The notes: generated by a model not told the origin, from the letters alone. Positions 9,705 through 18,736 are shown, counted from the stretch's first letter. The stretch: 53,848 nt of DNA from Candidatus Geohabitans tengchongensis (GCA_031459625.1 JAVKIH010000016.1:1-53848), one strand, 5' to 3'. A program made the numbers and translations.

Positions 9705-10608
9705 ATGGTGGAGATCTCTGAGCTCTCCGCGGGCTACGATGGTCCGTCGGTGCTGCACGAGATCACGCTGGCCATCCCCGCCGGCTTTCACGTCATCCCG
9801 GGACCGAACGGGGCAGGGAAGACGACGCTCTTCCGCGTGGTGGCGGGGATCCTGCCTCCACGTGCCGGGCGAGTGGTGGTGTTGGGCGAGGACGTGCAGG
9901 CCCAGCCGGCGATCAAGCGGCGCGTGGCGTATCTCCCCCATCGCGCTGGTCTTCATCCCGCCCTGACAGTGTCGGAGAATCTCGAGTTCTGGGCTCGTGT
10001 CCTCGGCCTCGCCCCGCGGGACCGCCACATCCGGATCGAGGGCGCGCTGGACCGCATGGGGATCAGGTCGCTCCGGGCGCACGCCGGCCGGCCGGTTGAG
10101 CCGCGGACAGGCCCAGCGGGTCGCCATTGCACGTGCCATGCTGGCAGACCCTCAGGTCTTCCTGCTGGACGAGCCCACCATGGGTCTCGATCCGGAGTCG
10201 GCGCGCGCGGTGCGCGACCTCCTCAAGCAGTTCGCCCGCGACCAGCGCATCGTCGTGTACTCCACGCACAACCTCTACGAGGCCTCGGAGCTGGCCGAAG
10301 AGGTCATCGTGCTGGCCGCAGGGCGCGTGGCCGCGCGCGGGACGGTCGAGGCGTTGCGCCGGCAGTTCGCGACCCGATGGCGAGTGGCCCTGCGCGTCGG
10401 CGGCGATCCCCGACCGGTGTTCGCCGCACTCGGATACTCCCCGGTCCAGGAGGGACCGCGGTGGATCGTCGAGATCACGCGTAGCCATCACGTGGGCCGG
10501 ATCGTACAGGCGATGGTGGAGGCGGGATTGGAGGTGCAGGAGGTCACGGAGGTCGGCAGTCCCCTGGAAGCCGTCTACTTCGGAGCACGAGACGCGCCGC
10601 CGCCGTGA
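9705..10608 (+). pseudogene. ABC transporter ATP-binding protein, frameshifted near 10070-10080
   Basis: Walker A GPNGAGKTT in one frame; LSRGQ signature, LLDEPT and STH in the +1 frame. Confidence 0.8.
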
Positions 10609-10796
10609 CCGACCGCCCCGCCGCCTTCCATCTCGCGAGCGTCCTGATCTGGCGGAGTTACCGGGAGCAGCGCGCGAAGCTGGTCCTCCTCCCGCTGGCG
10701 TTTGCCAGCCTCATCGCCCTGGTCCTGGCGAGCGTCGCCACCGGCCTGACGGTCCTGGGCCGCTGGTTCAGGCTGGCCGCGCTCCTCGAGTCTTAG
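10605..10796 (+). pseudogene. Internally deleted ABC-2 permease remnant
   Basis: 63 aa, coupled to the ATPase by GTGA. A permease-like N-terminus (LIWRSYREQR plus TM helix) runs directly into a C-terminal-like WFRLAALLES. Confidence 0.5.
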
Positions 10797-10842
10797 GCCC
10801 AGCGCCGGCGGACCTCTTCCCGGATCCAGCTCGAGGCGGCTC

Positions 10843-11205
10843 TCATCCCTGTGCGCCCTGGGCCTCCTGGGTTTCCGCCCACAGCCGGTCGATCTTGGCC
10901 GCCATGATGAAGTCGTTTTCCGACAGTCCGCCGATGGCGTGGGTCGTCAGGGTGAAGGTCACGCGGCGGTAGCGGATGGTGATGTCCGGGTGGTGGTTCT
11001 CCTCCTCGGCCAGCGCCGCCACCCGGTTCACGAAGGCGATCCCGTCGAGGAAGCGTCGGAACCGGAAGGTGCGGCTCAGGGTGCGGGCGTCGTCGCTGAG
11101 GGCCCACGCGGGGACCTGAGGGGCGAGGGCTTCCGCTTGGGCGCGCTCCAGCGGTGGGACCCCGCCCTCGCAGGGAACACAGCGGCGGTCGGCCAGTGTC
11201 GTCAT
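10843..11205 (-). CDS. phhB: Pterin-4-alpha-carbinolamine dehydratase
   Basis: CVPCEGG, AEEENHHPDI, TTHAIGGLSENDFIMAAKID. Confidence 0.92.
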   Translation of the reverse strand: MTTLADRRCVPCEGGVPPLERAQAEALAPQVPAWALSDDARTLSRTFRFRRFLDGIAFVNRVAALAEEENHHPDITIRYRRVTFTLTTHAIGGLSENDFIMAAKIDRLWAETQEAQGAQG

Positions 11206-11284
11206 CCGGACCCCTCCTTCCGGTAGCCTCGACCGGGCCCCGGTGGGGAAGGCAGCAGGAACGAGGCAGCCGGCGGCGTAGTAC

Positions 11285-11304
11285 AAGACTATAATCATGG
11301 TCTT
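11285..11304 (+). promoter_or_regulatory. TATAAT -10 box embedded in a dyad (putative operator)
   Basis: AAGACTAT-AATC-ATGGTCTT (7/8 inverted repeat) overlaps TATAAT at 11290-11295 in an AT-rich patch. Confidence 0.6.
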
Positions 11305-11356
11305 TTTTCTGTCTATATCCTGACCAGGGGCGCTCGGGGCGGGAGGGACGGCGACG

Positions 11357-12073
11357 ATGCGCGTGGTGAACACGGTGGAGCTGAAGGCCCGGACGAACGC
11401 GCTGCTGCGCGAGGTGGCGCGGGGCGAGGCGGTGATCATCACCCTGCGGGGGAAGCCGGTGGCCGCGCTAACCCGGCTCACCGACGCAGACCTGGAGGAG
11501 TTCGTCCTGCGCCACCGACAGGACGCGACACGCGTCCCGGCCGCAGAGACCGTCCGCTACCGCTACTTCACGGTGGAGGCCCCCTTCGGCCCGGTCTACG
11601 TGGCCTACGGGCCCGCCGGGCCGGTCCTGGTCTCCCGGGCCGCCTCCCCGGCCGCCTTCGAGCAGGACGCTGAACGGTACCTGGGCGCCCGGCCGGTCCT
11701 CGACGCCGCCCCGCCCGCGGAGCTGCGGGCGGAGGTGACGCGGGCCATCCGCGACCGCGTCCCCTACCGCGGCCGCGTCGACCTGTCGCGGGTGCCGCGC
11801 TTCGAGCGCGCGGTCCTCCAGGCGCTGCGGCGCATCCCGCCGGGACAGGTGCGGACCTACGGGCAGCTGGCGCGGGCGCTCGGCAAACCGGGCGCGGCGC
11901 GGGCGGTGGGGATGGCGTGCGCCCGCAACCCGCTGCCGCTGCTCATCCCCTGTCACCGCGTCATCCGCAGTGACGGGGCGCTGGGCGGTTACTCGCTGGA
12001 CGGGGGCGTGGCCCTGAAGCGACAGCTCCTCGAAGCGGAGGGCGCCCTGCCAGCGCTCCTGGCGGTGCGGTAG
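11357..12073 (+). CDS. Phd/YefM-like N-terminal domain fused to methylated-DNA--protein-cysteine methyltransferase (Ogt/MGMT)
   Basis: N-terminus VNTVELKARTNALLREVARGEAVIITLRGKPVAAL (Phd pattern). C-terminus IPPGQVRTYG...ARAVG...NPLPLLIPCHRV...LKRQLLEAE. Confidence 0.88.
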   Translation: MRVVNTVELKARTNALLREVARGEAVIITLRGKPVAALTRLTDADLEEFVLRHRQDATRVPAAETVRYRYFTVEAPFGPVYVAYGPAGPVLVSRAASPAAFEQDAERYLGARPVLDAAPPAELRAEVTRAIRDRVPYRGRVDLSRVPRFERAVLQALRRIPPGQVRTYGQLARALGKPGAARAVGMACARNPLPLLIPCHRVIRSDGALGGYSLDGGVALKRQLLEAEGALPALLAVR

Positions 12074-12236
12074 CCCAGGCCGCGCGGCGCGCGGCGCCCG
12101 CGGCCCCCCCTGGGCGCGGAGGCCGCGAGCTCTCAAAAAGCCATCATCACTAAGCAATTAAAGGAAGCGGCCACTCGGTCGTGGAAGCGCCCTCCCGGGG
12201 CGGGTCCCAATTCTGCCAATCGGGGGGGAACGATCC

Positions 12237-12383
12237 ATGGCCGATCTACGCAGGCTGTGCGTTGCCGTTGCTGTCGCGCTGCTCTTCGCCGTTACGACAC
12301 TGGCCGCCGCGCCGGTGGCCGCTGCGCCCGAACTGCCGGGCGAGAACGCCATCCAGGCCCCGGAACTGCCGGGGGAGAACTAG
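12237..12383 (+). CDS. 48-aa secreted propeptide with tandem APELPGEN repeats (candidate signalling-peptide precursor)
   Basis: Below the ORF-track length cutoff; hand translation MADLRRLCVAVAVALLFAVTTLAAAPVAA-APELPGEN-AIQ-APELPGEN*. Has a G-rich RBS and a Sec signal peptide. The repeats differ only at three synonymous sites. Confidence 0.85.
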   Translation: MADLRRLCVAVAVALLFAVTTLAAAPVAAAPELPGENAIQAPELPGEN

Positions 12384-12420
12384 CCAGGCGTGCGCGGGGA
12401 CCCGCCCCGCCCGATCCGCC

Positions 12421-12472
12421 AGAGTTCCCAGCAGTGCAGCGAGCCCGGCAGGGTTCCCCAGCGGTGCAGCGA
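12421..12472 (+). repeat. Imperfect ~22-bp direct repeat between the peptide and regulator genes
   Basis: AGAGTTCCCAGCAGTGCAGCGA (12421-12442) and AGGGTTCCCCAGCGGTGCAGCGA (12450-12472). Confidence 0.7.
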
Positions 12473-12486
12473 ACCACTGTAGGGTC

Positions 12487-13824
12487 ATGGTCAAGCAGCA
12501 GAAGACTTCCACCGAACCGGCTCCATCTTCGGCCCCGGCGTGGCTCCTGGCCTTCGGCGAGCGCCTGGAGCGCGCCCGCGGCCACGCCGGCCTGACGCAG
12601 GCGGGCCTGGCGCAGGGAGAGCTCTCCAAGAGCTTCGTCAGCCTGCTCGAGACCGGACGCTCCTACCCGTCGGTGGAGACGTTGCTGCTCCTGGCCGGGC
12701 GCCTGTGCACCTCCGTCGCGGGACTGGTGCTCGACGGGCCGGCGCTGCGCCTGGACACCGCACTCAGCCTGGCCCTCCTCGCCCGTTCGGCGGTCGACGC
12801 CGACCCGAAGCTGGCTCGGGCCCTGCTCGAGACTGTGGACCGCCTGGTACCGGACCTGCCGGTCCCGGTTCGGCTCGACGTGGCCGTCATCACGGCTCGG
12901 GCGGCGCTGGCCGAGGAGCGCCTGGACGAGGCCGAGCGGGCGCTCACGCAGGTGGTGCAGCAGGCCGAGACGGCCCAGGCCCTGGCCCCGCAGGCGCGGG
13001 CGCTGGCCCTGCTGGGACGCATCGCCCTGATCCGCCGCCGCTTCGACCAGGCTGCGGGCCACCTCACCCGGGCCGTGGCGCTGTTTCGGAAGGCCGACGC
13101 GCTGCGCAGCGAGGGCGGCATCGAGGCGTTGATCTGGCTGGGGTCGGCGGCCGTGAAAGTGGGGCGCCCCCGCTTCGCCCGGCGCACCTATGAGCACGCG
13201 CTGCGGCTGGCCCGCCGGCTAAAGCTCGTCGGGTTGCAGGGACAGGCGCTGCTCGGCCTGGGCTACCTGGCCTGGGCGGCCGGCGACCTGGCCGAGGCCA
13301 CGCGCCTGATGCAGGCGTCCCGTGATGCCTTTCAGACCAGCGAGGACCGGCTCCACCTCTCCAGCAGCCTGCTCACCCTCACCACGCTCTACCTGGAGCA
13401 GGGGCGGCTCGACGAGGCGCTGGCCAGCGGCCGCCAGGTGGTGCGGTTGCGCCAGCAGCTGGGCAATCTCCGGCAGCTCAGCAGCGCGCTGGAGACCCTG
13501 GCCCAGGTGCACCTGGCCCGCGGCGACCTGGGCTCGGCGGAGCAGACCGCGCGCGAGGCCCTGGCGGAAGCGCGCCGCGCGGAGGACCCGCAGCAGGAGG
13601 CGCGGGCCCGGGCGGCGCTCGGCCGGGTCGAGGCGGCGCAGGGGCGGCGCGCGCCCGCGCTGCGCCACCTGCGCGAGGCGCTGGCCACGTTCGAACGGCT
13701 GGGGCTGGCCGAGGATGCCGCCGAGGCGGCGCGCCACCTCTCGCAGGTGTTGCAGGCCGCGGGTCGGCACGACGAGGCGGCCCGCTACCTCCACCGAGCT
13801 TTCCGCCCGCGCAGCCTTCCCTGA
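12487..13824 (+). CDS. XRE-HTH plus TPR transcriptional regulator (PlcR/NprR-like architecture)
   Basis: FGERLERARGHAGLTQAGLA...SKSFVSLLETGRSYPS (XRE HTH), then roughly 8 TPR-like helical repeats. Confidence 0.88.
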   Translation: MVKQQKTSTEPAPSSAPAWLLAFGERLERARGHAGLTQAGLAQGELSKSFVSLLETGRSYPSVETLLLLAGRLCTSVAGLVLDGPALRLDTALSLALLARSAVDADPKLARALLETVDRLVPDLPVPVRLDVAVITARAALAEERLDEAERALTQVVQQAETAQALAPQARALALLGRIALIRRRFDQAAGHLTRAVALFRKADALRSEGGIEALIWLGSAAVKVGRPRFARRTYEHALRLARRLKLVGLQGQALLGLGYLAWAAGDLAEATRLMQASRDAFQTSEDRLHLSSSLLTLTTLYLEQGRLDEALASGRQVVRLRQQLGNLRQLSSALETLAQVHLARGDLGSAEQTAREALAEARRAEDPQQEARARAALGRVEAAQGRRAPALRHLREALATFERLGLAEDAAEAARHLSQVLQAAGRHDEAARYLHRAFRPRSLP

Positions 13825-13945
13825 GCCCGCCCGCCGCCAGCCGCGGCCCTGCACGCTCCCGGGTAGGGCCGTGCTGTCGTTCAGGGGCCGGGCGTGGGAT
13901 AATCTCTCCCGCCGCAGCCAGGCGGCCTCGAGGAGGCGGATCAGG

Positions 13946-15418
13946 ATGCCGGAGCGGTTCTCCATGATCATCGGCGGACGGTCGGTCGACGGGCAGAGCG
14001 GCGAGGTGATGGAGGTGCGCAACCCGGCCCGCATCGACGAAGTGGTCGGCCTCGTCCCCCGCGGCGGGCGCGAGGATGTCCGGGCGGCCGTGGAGGCCGC
14101 CGTGGAGGCGCTGCGCACCTCCTGGTGGCCGCGCCTTCACGAGTCCCGCCAGCGCGGCCGGGTCCTGCAGCGCTACGTGGCCCTGGTGGAGGCGCACAAG
14201 GACGAGCTGGCGCGCACGCTCACCCGGGAGCAGGGGAAAGTCTACCGCGAGTCGGTGGCCGAGCTGGACAGCCTGATCAACACCTTCGACTACTATGCGG
14301 GCTACGCCGGGAAGATCGCCGGCGAGGTGAAGTACGTCCGGGACGGGGACAGCGTCATCAAGGTGGAGACCCGCAAGCAGCCGGTAGGGCTGTGCGCGGC
14401 CATCCTTCCCTTCAACTTCCCCGTCTCCCTCTACGCTTGGAAGGTCGCTCCCGCGCTCATCGCCGGGAACGCGGTGCTGATCAAGCCGGCCAGCACCACC
14501 CCGATCACCGACATCCTGCTCACGCAGCTCCTCCAGGAGGCGGGGGTCCCGCCGGGGATCGCCAGCATCGTCACCGGGCCGGCAGCCACCGTGGGCGACG
14601 AGATCCTGCGCGCCCCCGAGGTGAAGCGCATCGCCTTCACCGGTTCCACCGAGGTGGGGCGGCAGGTGGCGGCCACGGCGACGCCCCTGCTCAAGCACGT
14701 GACCCTGGAGCTGGGCGGCAGCGACCCGACGGTGGTGGCCGAGGACGCCGACCTGGCACTGGCCGCAGAGACCATCGTCCGCTCGGGACGCTTCCGCAAC
14801 GCCGGGCAGTCCTGCACCTCGGTGAAGCGGGTCTACGTGGTAGCCTCGGTCTTCGAGCGCTTCATGGACCTGCTGACGGCCGCGACGCGGGCGCTGCGCG
14901 TGGGGGACGGGCTGCTGCCCGAGACCGACATGGGCCCACTCAACAACGAGCAGCAGCGCGAGGACGTGGAGCGGCTGCTTGCCGACGCGCTCGCGCGTGG
15001 GGCGGAGGCCGTGGTGGGCGGCCGGCGCCTGACCGAGGGGGCGTATGCGCGCGGGTACTTCTTCGCGCCCACCGTGCTGGTGAACGTCCCCCCCGATGCG
15101 GCCATCTGGCGGGAGGAGTGCTTCGGTCCCGTGCTCCCGGTGATGGCGGTGCGCGACCTGGAGGAGGGGATCGCCCGCGCCAACGAGACCGCCTACGGCC
15201 TGGGCGCGGGGCTCTGGTCGGAGAGCGACCGGACCATCGAGCGGTTCATCGCCGGCATCGAGTCGGGGATCGTCTGGGTGAACTACAAGCCGCTGAGCGT
15301 CCCGGAGACGCCCTTCGGCGGGGTGAAGGACAGCGGGGTCGGGCGGGAGCTGGGCGCGGAGGGGCTGGCGGAGTACCTGGAGACGAAGTCCATTCGCAAG
15401 TACATCGGCCGTGCCTGA
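13946..15418 (+). CDS. NAD(P)-dependent aldehyde dehydrogenase
   Basis: PFNFP, KPA, FTGSTEVG, LELGG, NAGQSC, EECFGP, PFGGVKDSG. GGAGG RBS. Confidence 0.95.
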   Translation: MPERFSMIIGGRSVDGQSGEVMEVRNPARIDEVVGLVPRGGREDVRAAVEAAVEALRTSWWPRLHESRQRGRVLQRYVALVEAHKDELARTLTREQGKVYRESVAELDSLINTFDYYAGYAGKIAGEVKYVRDGDSVIKVETRKQPVGLCAAILPFNFPVSLYAWKVAPALIAGNAVLIKPASTTPITDILLTQLLQEAGVPPGIASIVTGPAATVGDEILRAPEVKRIAFTGSTEVGRQVAATATPLLKHVTLELGGSDPTVVAEDADLALAAETIVRSGRFRNAGQSCTSVKRVYVVASVFERFMDLLTAATRALRVGDGLLPETDMGPLNNEQQREDVERLLADALARGAEAVVGGRRLTEGAYARGYFFAPTVLVNVPPDAAIWREECFGPVLPVMAVRDLEEGIARANETAYGLGAGLWSESDRTIERFIAGIESGIVWVNYKPLSVPETPFGGVKDSGVGRELGAEGLAEYLETKSIRKYIGRA

Positions 15419-15848
15419 GCGGCGCCACAACGCCCCGACCCGCCGGCCCACCCACCCGGGGCGGTCTGCCAGCCGGCGGCGTGCCATCCGCGGGCGCCGG
15501 GGCGGGGTACGGGTCATCGACGTGCTGAGCCGGGCTCGCCGCGCCACCCGTGACCTCTTCGAGGTGCTCGAGACGGGCGGGCGGCTGCAGGTCGCCTTCA
15601 TGAGCCTGGCACCGGGCCAGACCTCGGGAGAGCCGTCTGCGCACGTCGATGCGGATCAGCTCATCTACGTCCTCAGCGGCACCGGCAAGGCGGAGGTGGC
15701 GGGCCGCACCTACCGGCTGCCGACGGGGAGCCTGGCCGTCATCCCGGCGGGCGCGGTCCACCAGATTCGCAACACCGGCACGGAGCCGATGACCTCCCTC
15801 AACGTCTACGCCCCTCCCGAATACGCGCCGCGCTACCGGGAGCGCTGA
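15411..15848 (+). CDS. Cupin domain protein
   Basis: H-x3-DQLIYVLSG...IPAGAVHQIRNTG...LNVYAPP. Confidence 0.85.
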   Translation: MPERRHNAPTRRPTHPGRSASRRRAIRGRRGGVRVIDVLSRARRATRDLFEVLETGGRLQVAFMSLAPGQTSGEPSAHVDADQLIYVLSGTGKAEVAGRTYRLPTGSLAVIPAGAVHQIRNTGTEPMTSLNVYAPPEYAPRYRER

Positions 15849-15861
15849 GGCCGGGGAGGGG

Positions 15862-15888
15862 GGGCCAGGCGTTGGGCGCCTGGCCCTT
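15862..15888 (+). terminator. Hairpin after the cupin gene (probable terminator)
   Basis: Perfect 10-bp stem GGGCCAGGCG/CGCCTGGCCC with a 5-nt loop; only a short T tail. Confidence 0.5.
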
Positions 15889-15915
15889 GCGTCTCCACCC
15901 GGCCTCTCGTATAGT
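15887..15915 (+). promoter_or_regulatory. Sigma70-type promoter
   Basis: TTGCGT-N17-TATAGT. Confidence 0.7.
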
Positions 15916-16164
15916 CGCCTCGCGTCCTCCCATGTCCAGCTGCGGAGGTGGTCTCTCATGACCGGACGCGACCGCCAGGGCTGACAACCTAGCCGGCGTT
16001 CTCTCCTTCCGCTCCGACCCCGCTCGGGGTCGGGAACTCCGTCTTCAACCTGCCACAGTGGATGCTGGCGCCGGTCGAGCCGACCGCGGCCCGTGCCTGC
16101 CGTCGGGCTCCGGTCCTGCACCCGTGTGCGCCCATAGGTCGGGGAGCGCCGCGCGGGGAGAGTC

Positions 16165-16185
16165 ACAACGAAGATATGTCGTTGT
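16165..16185. promoter_or_regulatory. Dyad operator candidate upstream of the ABC exporter
   Basis: ACAACGA-N7-TCGTTGT perfect inverted repeat, about 30 nt before the ATG. Confidence 0.55.
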
Positions 16186-16216
16186 CATTCAGTACAGAAG
16201 GAGGCGGACCCCACCC

Positions 16217-16984
16217 ATGGAGACGGTGATCGAGGTGGCAAATCTGACGAAGCGCTTCAACGGCCAGGTGGCCGTGGACGGGATCTCGCTGCGGGTCCGG
16301 CGGGGGGAGTTCCTGGGGTTCCTGGGACCCAACGGGGCCGGCAAGACGACGACCATCGGCATGCTGCTCGGGATCGTGGCGCCGACGGCGGGGACGGTGC
16401 GCATCCTGGGGCGGCCGATGCCGCGGGAGCGGCAGGCCATCCTCATGCGGGTGAACTTCTCCTCCCCCTACGTGACCATGCCCCACGCGCTCTCCGCCTG
16501 GGAGAACCTGCTCGTCTTCGCCCACCTCTACCTGGTCCCGCAGCCGCGGGCGCGCATCCACACGCTGGCGGAGCGGTTCGGCGTCGCCCATCTGCTCCAC
16601 CGGCCGGTGCGGGCCCTCTCCTCGGGGGAGGCCGCCCGGGTGAACCTGGTGAAGGCTTTCCTGAACGACCCCGAGGTGCTCTTCCTGGACGAACCCACCG
16701 CCTCGCTGGACCCCGAGGCGGCGGACACGGTGCGGACCCACCTGCGGACGCTGCAGCGGGAACGGGAGCTCACCGTCTTCTACACCTCGCACAACATGGG
16801 CGAGGTCGAGCGCCTGAGCACCCGCATCGTCTTCCTGCACCGGGGGCGCATCATCGCCGACGGGCCGCCGGCCGAGGTCCTGCGCGCCACCCGCCACGCC
16901 ACGCTGGAGGAGTTCTTCCTGGCGCTGGCCCGCTCCGGCGAGCCGGCCGGTGCGGCGGACGCGGTGCGGAGGACCGCGTCGTGA
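16217..16984 (+). CDS. ABC exporter ATP-binding protein
   Basis: GPNGAGKTT, LSSGE, FLDEPT, TSH. Confidence 0.93.
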   Translation: METVIEVANLTKRFNGQVAVDGISLRVRRGEFLGFLGPNGAGKTTTIGMLLGIVAPTAGTVRILGRPMPRERQAILMRVNFSSPYVTMPHALSAWENLLVFAHLYLVPQPRARIHTLAERFGVAHLLHRPVRALSSGEAARVNLVKAFLNDPEVLFLDEPTASLDPEAADTVRTHLRTLQRERELTVFYTSHNMGEVERLSTRIVFLHRGRIIADGPPAEVLRATRHATLEEFFLALARSGEPAGAADAVRRTAS

Positions 16985-17769
16985 GCGCGCGGCGCATCGG
17001 CGCCCTGCTGCTGCGCCACCTCTTCGTCTGGCGGCGGAACTGGCAGTCCCTGACCGAGCTGTTCTACTGGCCGCTGGTGGACGTCCTGGTCTTCGGCTTC
17101 CTCTCCACCTACCTGACGCAGCGGGCGCCGGTGCCGTTCATCGTCGGGCTGCTGCTCGGGGCGCTCATCCTGTGGGACGTCTTCTTCCGGGTGCAGATGG
17201 GGATCACCGTCTCCTTCCTCACCGAGATGTGGAGCCGCAACCTGCTCAACCTCTTCACCAGCCCGCTGAGCCTGAGCGAGTTCCTGGTGGCGCTGATGCT
17301 CTTCGGGCTGGTGAAGATCGCCGTCAGCGCCTCCCTCATGGTGGCGGTGGCCTGGGTGCTGTACCGCTTCAACCTCTTCACGCTGGGGTTCCCGCTGGTG
17401 CCGCTCGTCGTGGCCGTGGTCCTGTTCGCCTGGGCGGTGGGCACGCTGGTGATGGGGATCCTGCTGCGCTACGGGCTGGCGGCGGAGACCCTGGCCTGGA
17501 GTCTCGCCTTCCTCTTCCAGCCCTTCGGGGCGGTCTTCTTCCCGATGAGCGTCTACGCCCCCTGGCTGCAGCGGGTGCTCTGGGCCCTGCCGCTCCCCCA
17601 CGTCTTCGAGGGGATGCGGGCGGTGCTGCGCAGCGGCCAGCTCCCCACACACCACGTCGTCTGGGCGTTCGGGTTGGACCTGCTCTACCTGGCCCTGGCT
17701 TTCGCCTTCTTCGGGCTGATGTTCCAGTCGGCGTTGCGGCAGGGCTCCCTGCTGAAGGCGCACGACTGA
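16981..17769 (+). CDS. ABC-2 type permease
   Basis: Six hydrophobic segments, LPLPHVFEGMR, GTGA coupling to the ATPase. Confidence 0.9.
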   Translation: MSARRIGALLLRHLFVWRRNWQSLTELFYWPLVDVLVFGFLSTYLTQRAPVPFIVGLLLGALILWDVFFRVQMGITVSFLTEMWSRNLLNLFTSPLSLSEFLVALMLFGLVKIAVSASLMVAVAWVLYRFNLFTLGFPLVPLVVAVVLFAWAVGTLVMGILLRYGLAAETLAWSLAFLFQPFGAVFFPMSVYAPWLQRVLWALPLPHVFEGMRAVLRSGQLPTHHVVWAFGLDLLYLALAFAFFGLMFQSALRQGSLLKAHD

Positions 17770-17812
17770 CCCGGTCCAATGAACGCGGCCGGGGGTTGGA
17801 GCGTCTGTACCA

Positions 17813-18697
17813 GTGAAGGCGATGTGGCTGCTCACTGCCATCCTCATCCTGCTAGCCCTGCTGGCGGCGGGCCCGGTCCACCCCGCGCCGGCCCCGTCAC
17901 CCGCGCGGCCGCCTGGGCCGGACCTCCAGGTGGAACGCGACCTGCCCTACGGGCCCGACCCGGCCCACCGGCTCGACGCCTACCTGCAGCGGGGGGCCGG
18001 GCCGCACCCGGTGGTGGTCTTCGTCCACGGCGGCGGGTGGGTCGCGGGGGACAAGGCGTCGGGCGGTCTGCAGCTGCTGCTCCCGGCGCTGGCTGCGGCC
18101 GGGTACAGCGTGCTCTCCATCAACTACCGGCTGGCGCCGCAGCACCGCCACCCCGCCCAGGTGGAGGATGCGCGCCTGGCCGTGCGCTGGGTGCGCGCGC
18201 AGGCGACCGCCCTGCGCGTCGACGCCGAGCGGGTGGCGGTGGCGGGCGCCTCCGCCGGCGGGCACATCGCCACGCTGCTGGCCTATACGCCCTGCCCGGG
18301 GCGGGACGGCCTCGACCTTGTGCTGCGGCAGCCCTGCCGGCCGCAGACCGTGGTGAACGTCTTCGGGCCCACCGACCTGCGCAGCCTGCCGCAGCCGATC
18401 GCCTCGCTCCTGCTCCCGCCGCCGGCCGACCTGGCCGCGCGGGCGGAGGCCTCACCGATCGTCCACGTGTCTCCGGACGATCCCCCGACCGTGACCCTGC
18501 ACGGCACGCTCGACCCGCTCGTCCCCTACCGGCAGAGCGTGGCGCTCCACGACGCCCTCACCCGCGCGGGCGTCCCCAACCGGCTGGTGACGGTCGAGGG
18601 CGGGACGCACGGGACGAACTGGTTCAGCCTGGGCCCGGTGACGGAGGCCTGGCAGCGGGCACTCGTGGACTGGCTCCGCGCCACGCTGGGGCCCTAG
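17813..18697 (+). CDS. Secreted alpha/beta hydrolase (HSL-like esterase)
   Basis: Signal peptide, HGGGW, GASAGG nucleophile elbow, HGTLDPLVP, GGTHG. Confidence 0.9.
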   Translation: MKAMWLLTAILILLALLAAGPVHPAPAPSPARPPGPDLQVERDLPYGPDPAHRLDAYLQRGAGPHPVVVFVHGGGWVAGDKASGGLQLLLPALAAAGYSVLSINYRLAPQHRHPAQVEDARLAVRWVRAQATALRVDAERVAVAGASAGGHIATLLAYTPCPGRDGLDLVLRQPCRPQTVVNVFGPTDLRSLPQPIASLLLPPPADLAARAEASPIVHVSPDDPPTVTLHGTLDPLVPYRQSVALHDALTRAGVPNRLVTVEGGTHGTNWFSLGPVTEAWQRALVDWLRATLGP

Positions 18698-18736
18698 CCG
18701 ACGTTGCGGCGGCCCGGCGCGCTGGTGCCCGGGCGT

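Noticed and set aside
12421..12472. CRISPR array (also considered for 33529/42496 and 50248-50291)
   Set aside because: Only two units each, no unique spacers of CRISPR length, and no cas genes.
12181..12486. 102-aa N-terminal extension of the HTH-TPR ORF given in the ORF track
   Set aside because: It overlaps the better-supported peptide gene in another frame, and the HTH begins shortly after ATG 12487.
15990..16165. 6S RNA or known riboswitch call
   Set aside because: Some segments recall 6S motifs, but I could not build the full rod with a central bubble or match a riboswitch consensus. Kept only as an unassigned structured region.
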